A stretch of 63,440 bases of DNA, counting the filler. It is 6 parts of 6 records of this genome, joined end to end, with 100 filler letters (N's around TTAATTAATTAA, not from the genome) between each part and the next. Parts side by side here need not be neighbours in the genome. Positions count along the whole stretch, not along the records: positions 40,929 to 53,263 come from SRR31156797_155; positions 53,364 to 63,440 come from SRR31156797_156; 4 more parts are not named here. One strand, 5' to 3'. The notes beneath the pieces are model-generated. The model had not been told where the DNA came from, did not search any database, and was given only the letters and a program-made list of their open reading frames with translations. Both the position numbers and the translations under genes were made by a program. Positions 51,345 through 59,741 of this stretch are shown here, one piece after another (position 1 is the stretch's first letter; every line of letters starts with the position of its first letter).

Positions 51345-52258
51345 TGAGCCTTCCAGTGAAATACTCTCATTTTTGAACTTCTACTTCTAGGGTTTTGTTT
51401 GATCTCTTCATTTGTAGGAATAATAGGCTTTTTTGTAAGGGCTTTTCCTTTTTGGTGATCTCCTCCACATTCACATCGCATCACATGAGGTGGACAGATA
51501 CATTTTTGTGTCCATTTTTTAAAATAGTTTTTGACGATTCTATCTTCTAAAGAATGAAAAGAGATGATAGCGATAAGTGTATCGTGAAGCTCAGCTTGCT
51601 CAATAGATTGAAAAAGTTCTTCTAAAACTCCTAGTTCGTTATTTACTTCTATTCGTATCCCTTGAAAAGGAAGCGTTGCTGGGTGAAGTTTTCCTTTATG
51701 CATATTTTTTGATAAAAACTGTGCTAACTCTTTACTTGAAGAGAATGGTCTATTTTGTACGATAAGTGAAGCTACCTTTTTATACTCTTTTACTTCTCCA
51801 TACTCTTTAAATATCTTTTCAAGTTGGTTTTGTGAGTACTCATTGACCACATTACTTGCAGATAAAACTTGGTCAGTATTCATTCTCATATCAAGAGTTT
51901 CTCCATCAAAGCCAAAGCCCCTTTCACTTTTATCAAGCTGTAGAGATGAAACTCCAATATCAGCTAAGATCCCTACGATGTTTTTATCTTTGAAAGAGTT
52001 TAAAACATCCTTGAAGTTTCCTTTATTAAAAGTAACTCTATCACTATATTTTGCAAGGCGATCTTTTGAAAAAGCTAGAGCTTCATCATCTTGATCATTA
52101 CAGATAAGTTGTATATTTGGATTTGATTCTAATATTCCAAGGGAATGCCCTCCATATCCTAAAGTACAGTCTATGATATATCCCTCTGAAATCTCTTTAA
52201 ATGTATCGATCACTTCATTAAAAAGTACAGGGATGTGTGGTACGTTATTCTCTTGCAA
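51341..52258 (-). CDS. rsmH: 16S rRNA m4C1402 methyltransferase
   Basis: HIPVL, DCTLGYGGHS, DIGVSS.QLD, SFHSLEDR and NPRSRS motifs. Confidence 0.96.
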   Translation of the reverse strand: MQENNVPHIPVLFNEVIDTFKEISEGYIIDCTLGYGGHSLGILESNPNIQLICNDQDDEALAFSKDRLAKYSDRVTFNKGNFKDVLNSFKDKNIVGILADIGVSSLQLDKSERGFGFDGETLDMRMNTDQVLSASNVVNEYSQNQLEKIFKEYGEVKEYKKVASLIVQNRPFSSSKELAQFLSKNMHKGKLHPATLPFQGIRIEVNNELGVLEELFQSIEQAELHDTLIAIISFHSLEDRIVKNYFKKWTQKCICPPHVMRCECGGDHQKGKALTKKPIIPTNEEIKQNPRSRSSKMRVFHWKAQ

Positions 52259-52323
52259 TATGCTTATCCTAAGTTTAATTTTGATCTAGTATAATATCAA
52301 AATCTTACTTATTGGTGGAATAA

Positions 52324-52902
52324 ATGATCGATCAACACATAGTCAAACATCTAGCAGATATCTCTTTAGCACTTTTTAGAAAAAACTTTTTCGGAATTTA
52401 TCATGGTTCTATTTCTAAAAAAGTGGATCATAATAGTTTTATTATCAATAAAAAAGATGCAATTTTCGATGAGATCAATGAAGAAGCTTTATGTCAGCTT
52501 TCTATGAGTCTACATGATTATAGTTGGAACTTAGCAAGTATTGATTCAATTATCCATAGTGCTATCTATACACAGATCCATGAAGCAAAGTTTATCGCTT
52601 TTGGTATGCCGCCATATACTACTGCGTATTCATTAGAACATGATGAAGTGGAGTTTAATGACTATTTTGGAAAGATCATTTTTGATAAATTGACTATTTA
52701 TGATCCAGGAGATTTTTCTACTTGGTATGAAAGAAACTTTTCTGAAGTTACAAAAGCACTCAAAGCATCTAAAGATAATGTGATTATTGTCAAAGGAATT
52801 GGTGTGTATGTTTATGATAGAGATATGAATGATCTGGTTAAAAAAGTAGCTATTTTGGAAAATAGTTGTAGATTACTTGCTCTAAAATCACAATTTGATT
52901 AA
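52324..52902 (+). CDS. Class II aldolase/adducin-fold protein
   Basis: HGSIS, ASIDSIIHSAIY and VKGIGV motifs. Confidence 0.75.
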   Translation: MIDQHIVKHLADISLALFRKNFFGIYHGSISKKVDHNSFIINKKDAIFDEINEEALCQLSMSLHDYSWNLASIDSIIHSAIYTQIHEAKFIAFGMPPYTTAYSLEHDEVEFNDYFGKIIFDKLTIYDPGDFSTWYERNFSEVTKALKASKDNVIIVKGIGVYVYDRDMNDLVKKVAILENSCRLLALKSQFD

Positions 52903-52908
52903 TAAAAG

Positions 52909-52978
52909 TGTTACTAAAGTAAACAATAAGAAAATTAATGAAAAAAATATGTTACTAAAATAAACATTTAGTAAAACA
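52909..52978 (+). promoter_or_regulatory. Duplicated 17-bp operator-like site upstream of acnB
   Basis: TGTTACTAAAGTAAACA (52909-52925) and TGTTACTAAAATAAACA (52950-52966), plus an inverted half site TTTAGTAAAACA (52967-52978). Confidence 0.55.
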
Positions 52979-53064
52979 ATTTGATTTTTTTCTTCTATTC
53001 AAATACTTTATAATTCTTTTTTCTATACAATTAATTTTGAAATACATTAAAAAGGAACAGTTTT

Positions 53065-53263
53065 ATGAGTTTAATTGCAAATTATAAAGCACATACTGAA
53101 GAAAGAGCAGCTCTTGGTGTACCACCATTAGCATTGACTGCTGAGCAAGTTGCAGAGCTTGTTGAGCTTTTAAAAACTTCTCCAATTAGCGATAAAGACT
53201 ACGCAATGGATATGTTTGAAAATAAAGTACCAGCAGGTGTTGATGATGCTGCATATGTAAAAG
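53065..53263 (+). CDS. acnB: Aconitate hydratase B, N-terminus (3'-truncated)
   Basis: Y..H..ERAALGVPPLAL and VPAGVDDAAYVK motifs. Confidence 0.92.
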
Positions 53264-53363
53264 NNNNNNNNNNNNNNNNNNNNNNNNNNNNNNNNNNNNN
53301 NNNNNNNTTAATTAATTAANNNNNNNNNNNNNNNNNNNNNNNNNNNNNNNNNNNNNNNNNNNN
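53264..53363. other. Artificial contig linker
   Basis: N-run, TTAATTAATTAA, N-run. Confidence 0.98.
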
Positions 53364-53660
53364 AATATTAACTTTTGACATTTTAATATTTGTTGGTAGG
53401 ATATCAAGCTCCTCTTTTCTGATTAACACATCTTCAAGTTTTAATTCAAATCTAGAAAAAGCTCTGTCTTTAATTAAATCATAAGCTGTGTATTCAAGTG
53501 CTCTTTTATCTACTCCAAAACCTGAAGTTAAGTTTCCCTGAGGATCCAGATCAATTACCATTACTCTTTTTCCAAGTGCAGATAATCCTTTTGCAATATT
53601 TTGTGAGGATGTTGTTTTTGCAACTCCACCTTTTTGATTAACAATTGATACAATTTTCAT
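53364..53660 (-). CDS. parA: ParA/Soj-family ATPase, N-terminus (3'-truncated)
   Basis: Deviant Walker A NQKGGVAKTT and IDLDPQGNLT motifs. Confidence 0.9.
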
Positions 53661-53667
53661 GAGTTCA

Positions 53668-53976
53668 TCATCCTTTGCATTCCCATTCAGATCTATTTAT
53701 TATTGTTGCAGACAGTACTTCTTCTACTTTTACATCAAATCCTGACAATTCTTTATGTATATCTTCTAAAGTAATCTCTTCTTTATTTTTTAGTATTTGA
53801 TTAGGAAGAATTACTTCGTCGAACTCTTTAAAATATTTATCATTTTCTTTTATGTAAACTATATCTTGACCACCAGTTCTAAAATCCTTATCTCCTTCAT
53901 ACCAGCCAGCAGTTGTATCAAAGTATATTTCCCCGTTATCATTAAGCATTTTTTCAATTGCAGTTAGTAGTTCCAT
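53668..53976 (-). CDS. Hypothetical acidic protein upstream of parA
   Basis: GGAGG RBS before ATG 53976; 7-bp gap to parA. Confidence 0.7.
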   Translation of the reverse strand: MELLTAIEKMLNDNGEIYFDTTAGWYEGDKDFRTGGQDIVYIKENDKYFKEFDEVILPNQILKNKEEITLEDIHKELSGFDVKVEEVLSATIINRSEWECKG

Positions 53977-54088
53977 GATTATCAACCTCCAGTTTACTTC
54001 TATGTATTTTAACATATCTTATGCTAATTTTCAATTTTCAATTACTAAAAAATTTATATATATTTAACAGTTTTTATTGAATTAAGCT

Positions 54089-55228
54089 CTATCTTTTTCT
54101 TTGTGGAAAATATTGGTAATAGTAACATCTTATGCCACCATTATACAGTTTTCTATTTTTGTCAGCTTTTCTACCGAATTTTCTTTCAAATCCGTCATGC
54201 GACGTAATTGTAAAACTACTCCAGTTTGCAAAAAGTGTTCTGTAAACTCTTCCTAAATCTTCGTATAGTTTTTCTGCTTCTTTTATCTCTTGTAATCTTA
54301 TTCCATATGGTGGATTTGAAATTAATAATCCTTTTTCATCTTTATCATAATTTCTAATCGACCTAAGGTCTTTTACTTCAAATGTAATTATATCGTCAAC
54401 ATTTGCATTATATGCATTATCTTTTGCTATTTCAAGCGTTTCAGCATCAATATCAGAAGCATATATTTTGCATTTTGCTTCTTTTTCATGTGTATAACAA
54501 TCATCACGAGCATCTAACCAATCTTTTTCTTCTAAAATATGCCATTTCTCAGAAACAAAAGATCTTTCTGCTCCAGGAGCCATATTTTTAGCTATAAGTG
54601 CTGCTTCAATTGCAATAGTTCCTGTTCCACATGTAGGATCAATAATTGTTCTATCGCCTCTCCAGTTAGTTAGATAAATAAGAGCTGCCGCTAATGTTTC
54701 TTTTATAGGAGCTTCGTTATTCTTTTGTCTATACCCTCTTTTATGAAGAGGCTCTCCACTTGTATCAACTGAAATTAAAACAATATCATTATGAATTTGA
54801 ATTTTTAATTTATAAACATTTCCTGTTTCAGGTAATTCATCTACCTTGTGTTTAAATTTTAACCTATCAACAATTGCTTTTTTTATTATTGACTGACAAT
54901 CACTTTTACTAAATAATTTTGATTTAACTGAACTAATCCATGCAACATGAATTTTTCCATCTGCAGGAATTAAATCTTCCCATTTTATTTTTTTAGTTCC
55001 TTGAAATAGTTCTTCAAAGCTTTCAGCCTTAAATTCTCCCATTTTAAGATAAATTCTATCAGCACACCTAAGCCATAAATTAGTTTTAATTATGTCATTA
55101 ACTGTTCCTTCAAATTCTACTCTTCCATTATGTGTTTGAATATTTTTATACCCTAAATTTTTTAATTCTCTTGTTACTATACTTTCTAGTCCCATAGTAG
55201 TACTAGCTATTAATTTAATTTTTTCCAT
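54089..55228 (-). CDS. THUMP-domain 23S rRNA methyltransferase (RlmL/YpsC-like)
   Basis: NLWLRCADR, LHKRGYR, APIKETLAA, DPTCGTGTI, NPPYG and KLYNG motifs. Confidence 0.92.
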   Translation of the reverse strand: MEKIKLIASTTMGLESIVTRELKNLGYKNIQTHNGRVEFEGTVNDIIKTNLWLRCADRIYLKMGEFKAESFEELFQGTKKIKWEDLIPADGKIHVAWISSVKSKLFSKSDCQSIIKKAIVDRLKFKHKVDELPETGNVYKLKIQIHNDIVLISVDTSGEPLHKRGYRQKNNEAPIKETLAAALIYLTNWRGDRTIIDPTCGTGTIAIEAALIAKNMAPGAERSFVSEKWHILEEKDWLDARDDCYTHEKEAKCKIYASDIDAETLEIAKDNAYNANVDDIITFEVKDLRSIRNYDKDEKGLLISNPPYGIRLQEIKEAEKLYEDLGRVYRTLFANWSSFTITSHDGFERKFGRKADKNRKLYNGGIRCYYYQYFPQRKR

Positions 55229-55342
55229 TTATACTTCCTTATTTATTTTTTATAAGTCGAAACTTTTTATATTATATCATATATTCAAAAATAAAAATAA
55301 CTCTTATTAAACTTGTTTTTGAGATTATTTTTTCGTGAGTTA

Positions 55343-55379
55343 TATTATGTTTAGTGTTTTATGTATTATGTATTATGTA
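55343..55379 (+). repeat. Tandem heptamer (TTATGTA)x3 with an extra upstream copy
   Basis: TTATGTATTATGTATTATGTA at 55359-55379 and TATTATGT at 55343-55350. Confidence 0.7.
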
Positions 55380-55457
55380 TGTCTTTTTGACTTTATTTTA
55401 AATTGATGCTTTAGATATTGATTTTATTTACCTAGTTAGAGATTCATCTAATATTTA

Positions 55458-56944
55458 TTATAATAAATAAGTGATGGTGCATAAAAGCTAATAAAATCAA
55501 CATGTGATTCATTTATAAATTATAAGTGATGTTAAATTAAATCAATATTTTCAATATATTAATCTTATTTAACATAAGAAATTTATTATAAAAAGTAAAT
55601 GATGATATTTTTAAGCTTTTAAAATCAATGCTTTTTTAGTTTAATCTTATATCATAAGAATTTTATTACTGCTATTAAGTAAGTAAATACAAGAACTAAA
55701 AGCTTTTTAGGTCTTATTTTATAATTATAAAATATAAATGATGATCCTGTTAGCTTATATAAATTAAGGCTTTAGTTAAGTTATAATATAATGATGATGA
55801 TAAAAGAAACAAATAAAATCATATATTTATTCTAAAAATTTAAGTTTTTTTTATTATAAAATGTAAGTGATGATTCTATAAACCTTATAAATCAAGGGAT
55901 CTGTTATATTCTAAATATAATGATTTTAGAAATAAGATTTAGAATTCAATAAAATCAACATATTAATATAAACTAACATAGTTTAATCAATTATAAAAAA
56001 TAGAGGATGATATTTTAAATTCAATAAAATCAACATAATATTATAATTATAATGAATAAGTGATGATAAACTATCCCAGTAAAACTAAAGATTTTTTAGA
56101 TCAATAACTAAGTTTACTATTATAATATGTAGAGGATTATATATTTTCTTAAGTAAAATCAAAGAGTTTTATTAATTATAAAAAACAAGTGATGATATAA
56201 AGCCCTTTGAAATCAAAGGATGAGTATTTTTTTATAAAAAGTTCATTATAATTTATAAAGGATGAATATATAAAACTACTACTTTTCCATGTTAATTATA
56301 TTATATCAAAACATTAAGCATAGTTGAAGTAAGAATAAATAAATTCAAATTTGAAATTTAACTATAGTTTATTTTTATTTATTCAGCAAGGAAATAGAAT
56401 TTGTTTTAGCTTTTTTAAGTTTATTATCTTTTTATAATTTAAAAGTGATGATAAATATAAAGTATTGATTTTATTAAATTTCTAAAGATAATATAAACTA
56501 TAAAGCGAGTAAATACTAGGGTTTTTAAAATTGAATTATAATTTAAGAATGATGATAAAAAATAGAGATAATTTTATTCTATTTTAATAAATACAGCTTA
56601 TTTGCTTAAATAAAGTAGAATTAAATTATAATCTATAAAGGATGAATAGAGTAAAGTTAAACAAAATCAATCTATTAGTATGATTTACTAAATTATAAAC
56701 CTAATAAAAACAGGAAATTATATTTTTGAATTATAATTTAAAGATGATGATAAAGTGGTAAAATTTATTTATTTAAGTAAAAACTATGAAATTATAACTT
56801 GAAAATGATGATGAGCTATTGGTTTTAATGACTTAAAGTATAATATAAAAAATTATAATTTGAAAATGATGGTAAAATTAAGTAGTAAATTCAATTAATA
56901 GCTTGAAATTTCTGAAAAAAATGTTATAATTTATAAAGGATTAT
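55458..56944 (+). repeat. Array of 18 direct 21-bp iteron-like repeats, consensus TTATAA-N5-RRRKGATGAT; putative replication origin
   Basis: Copies start at 55458, 55513, 55586, 55725, 55781, 55854, 55991, 56047, 56120, 56176, 56246, 56432, 56536, 56626, 56731, 56792, 56853 and 56924, all on the same strand. Confidence 0.85.
56903..56930 (+). promoter_or_regulatory. Putative promoter of the rep-like gene, overlapping the last repeat
   Basis: TTGAAA (56903-56908), 16-bp spacer, extended TGtTATAAT (56922-56930). Confidence 0.55.
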
Positions 56945-57059
56945 AATTTTGAAATTAATAAATTTAACTATAGTATTTTATATACCTAGATTTATAGAAT
57001 AACTATATAAAGCTGCGAGTTAATACAAAGTTGCTTAAAAAGAATCGCAAGGAGGAAAT

Positions 57060-58721
57060 ATGTCTCAAGAGATAAGTGAAGTTTTGGAAGTACTTGAGAT
57101 TGGTCAAGAAAATGATTTGAGTGTAGATATAAGAAGTAAGAAACCAGAAAAGATTCCTACGAAAACGGTTTCACTTTTTTTGGAAGAGATGGAGATAAGG
57201 GATACAATTAATCAACCGTTTCTATTTATAATTTTGCCCTTCTTTACTTCGAAAAGACAAAGAAATGTAAATTTAATTTATGATATAAAAAATGCTGGTA
57301 TTAAATTTGGAGCATCACTTAGTTCTGATGCGTTTGAAGGTTTTCAAAATAAACAGCCTTCTGATTTCGAGAAAAATGTTTTCTATTTTATACTTTATAA
57401 ATTTCAGGAATTATTAATGAGTGATTCTGAAGAGAAAGATGTAGTTTTTGATATTGAAGAAGTTATAGAGTATTTAGGATTAAAATTTTCAATGAAATAT
57501 TATCATAAAATGGAGGAAACTCTATATAACCTTCAGGAAACAACTTATAGGTTTAGAATTAGAAACAGAAGAAAAGCCGGGAATATAATTAGAGAGGTAT
57601 ATAAAAAACCTCTTAATCTTATTAGATATGAAAAGCTTAAAGAGAAAAATCTAGAAACAAATAAAATGAAAACATTTTATAAAGTTCAGTTAGATGAAAG
57701 AATTATTGAAGAGCTTAAAATAAAGCATTACTCTATTTTTGATAAAAATATGCTTACAGATATTAGAAAAAGAGATAAAGTTGCCGAAAAAATTTATCAA
57801 TTTATCAGTATGAAAAGGTTTGATAAAATGGAGGGAGAGTATAGAGTTGAAACTCTTGCAACAATAGTTCCCCTTAGTGTTTTTAGTTTTATCAAGAAGA
57901 AATTAAAAAGTGGTGAAACGAAAGAGTATAGAGTAAGTAAACTTAAACAGGTCTTGAGAAGGCTTGAGAAAGCTTTTAAAATTTTAGTAGATATGGAATA
58001 TTTAACTCACTATGAAGTGATGCAAATGCCGGAGTACAAAACATATAAGATTAAGTATTATTTTAATCCTGAAAGTGATAATAAAGCTCATATTTCAGAC
58101 CTTTTAATGAACAACACTAACACTTTAAAGCTTGATTTTTCTGTTGCAAATGTTGAAGAGATTCCTGTAGATGATAATAAAAAATATACAGTTAAAATAG
58201 AAAATGAAATTAAGAAAACTAAAAGAAATATCTACTTCTCTAAAGCGTATAATAAAAGAGTTGAAAATAAATTAGCCCTTCTTTATAAAAATGAAGGAGA
58301 GCGGTTTGTAATTGACCTTCTTAAGAAAATATATCTTAGCTTAAAAACTGATATTAAGAGAAGTTTAGTTTCATATATTAATGCAGTTATTAAGGAGATG
58401 AAAAAAGAGGAAGCACAAGGTCAAGGTAAACTTGATTTTGGAACTCCAAAAGTAGAGGAAGCAGTAGTTGTAGAAGAGGCTCAGATTATAGAACCAATTA
58501 AACCTACGCCTCCGGATATTCAGGATCCTATTTCAAATCTATTAATAGAACTTTATGATAAGTTATTTGAAAGTGAGAAGGAAAAAATAGTTGAAAAAGC
58601 CAGAGAACGATATTTAATGGAAACAGGTTCAACTAAATTTACAGATATTCATGTACAGATATTCAATTCTGTTAAGAAAAACTATATTGTACAGATAATG
58701 AGAGAAGAAAAAGGATTATAA
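57060..58721 (+). CDS. Putative plasmid-type replication initiator (RepA/Rep_3-like tandem winged helix) with C-terminal extension
   Basis: PFF, PSDFEKNVF, V.F.I.E....LG.....YY.KMEETL.NL..T.Y, AEKIYQFI, Y.VETLA..VPL and LEKAF..L...EYL patterns; AAGGAGG RBS; adjacent repeat array. Recognised by motif resemblance only. Confidence 0.7.
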   Translation: MSQEISEVLEVLEIGQENDLSVDIRSKKPEKIPTKTVSLFLEEMEIRDTINQPFLFIILPFFTSKRQRNVNLIYDIKNAGIKFGASLSSDAFEGFQNKQPSDFEKNVFYFILYKFQELLMSDSEEKDVVFDIEEVIEYLGLKFSMKYYHKMEETLYNLQETTYRFRIRNRRKAGNIIREVYKKPLNLIRYEKLKEKNLETNKMKTFYKVQLDERIIEELKIKHYSIFDKNMLTDIRKRDKVAEKIYQFISMKRFDKMEGEYRVETLATIVPLSVFSFIKKKLKSGETKEYRVSKLKQVLRRLEKAFKILVDMEYLTHYEVMQMPEYKTYKIKYYFNPESDNKAHISDLLMNNTNTLKLDFSVANVEEIPVDDNKKYTVKIENEIKKTKRNIYFSKAYNKRVENKLALLYKNEGERFVIDLLKKIYLSLKTDIKRSLVSYINAVIKEMKKEEAQGQGKLDFGTPKVEEAVVVEEAQIIEPIKPTPPDIQDPISNLLIELYDKLFESEKEKIVEKARERYLMETGSTKFTDIHVQIFNSVKKNYIVQIMREEKGL

Positions 58722-58725
58722 TATG

Positions 58726-58756
58726 AAAAATGCAGCTGTCGGCAGCTGCATTTTTT
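58726..58756. terminator. Bidirectional Rho-independent terminator
   Basis: AAAAATGCAGCTG-TCGG-CAGCTGCATTTTTT between convergent genes. Confidence 0.88.
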
Positions 58757-58844
58757 AATGTATTGGGAAAGTATAAATTTTCAAGTTTTAAAAAGTTTGA
58801 CTTAATTTTTTTGAGCCGAAGACTTTTCTTATATTATCTAAGTA

Positions 58845-59558
58845 TTAATCAATTATTTTATAATCAGTAAGGTTTTTTACCTCACCTTCTCTTTCGATAA
58901 TTTCCCCGTCCTCGTCATAGATTTCAACATTGTCATATGTTCTTTCTCTATTAGGGTTTACATACTCAACTTGTTGATTATAGTAAGTTTCTTCATTTGG
59001 ATCAATAAATCTTAACTTATAACCAACTGAGAATGTGAATCTCTGATAGTTAATCTCTCCACTACCTGCACTAGAGGTTGAATAATATCCCTGGTTGGTA
59101 TCATAAGACAGCTCAACAAAGAAATCATTAACTCCCGCTCCAACTCCGATGGAATAATATAAACCATTGTTTAAATTAGCACCATCAAGATTTTCATTTG
59201 GAATTGCAAAACCAAAACCTGCTTTACCAATAATATATGGCTCGATAGTCGCTTCAGGCATAATTTCATATTTGATAATTCCATAAATTGGCATAATAAA
59301 ATCAATTGGATTTGCAGCATCTGATGTATCTTTGTATTGCGCAGGCCAGATATAAGATGCACCGGCACCAATTGATAGCGTATCATATTGGGTAGCTATA
59401 TATGCCAAATTAAGCTGGTATGATCCGTTTTCCAGTGAATTACCATCAACGGAAGCATTATTAGCAAAACCGTAACTTAATTCAAGTTTATAGCTTTGAG
59501 CAAACACCGTTGAGAAAGATAATATAAATATACAGCAAAGTATTTTGAAATTTTTCAT
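58845..59558 (-). CDS. Outer-membrane beta-barrel protein (OmpA-TM-like) with acidic C-terminal tail
   Basis: Signal peptide; amphipathic strands (PIYGIIKY, PYIIGKAGFG, YYSIGVG, FSVGYK). Confidence 0.75.
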   Translation of the reverse strand: MKNFKILCCIFILSFSTVFAQSYKLELSYGFANNASVDGNSLENGSYQLNLAYIATQYDTLSIGAGASYIWPAQYKDTSDAANPIDFIMPIYGIIKYEIMPEATIEPYIIGKAGFGFAIPNENLDGANLNNGLYYSIGVGAGVNDFFVELSYDTNQGYYSTSSAGSGEINYQRFTFSVGYKLRFIDPNEETYYNQQVEYVNPNRERTYDNVEIYDEDGEIIEREGEVKNLTDYKIID

Positions 59559-59741
59559 AAGAACACTCCTTAAATTATTGTAGTTATCTGTGTTAAATAA
59601 ATAAAATTTATCCTATATATTATATATCGAAAAGAAACACTTGTAAATAAAGAAAAAAATAAAGGAATTTTATATATTTATTTTGAATAATATAAGATGA
59701 GGGAGTATTCAAAATTTTTGCATAAGTAGGAAGTGAGATTA

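Noticed and set aside
16103-53363. Recurrent TTAATTAATTAA within N-runs as a biological repeat
   Set aside because: Identical 100-bp six-frame-stop linkers are an assembly/concatenation artefact. Links across them (e.g. T6SS with ED operon, acnB with parA) are meaningless.
55458-56944. CRISPR array interpretation of the 21-bp repeats
   Set aside because: The repeats are degenerate with a variable 5-bp core, spacing is irregular (55-186 bp), and there are no cas genes on the contig.
57013-57056. Leader hairpin (TGCGA...TCGCA) next to the rep RBS as a regulatory RNA
   Set aside because: Only about 5 contiguous base pairs; too weak to support without covariation data.
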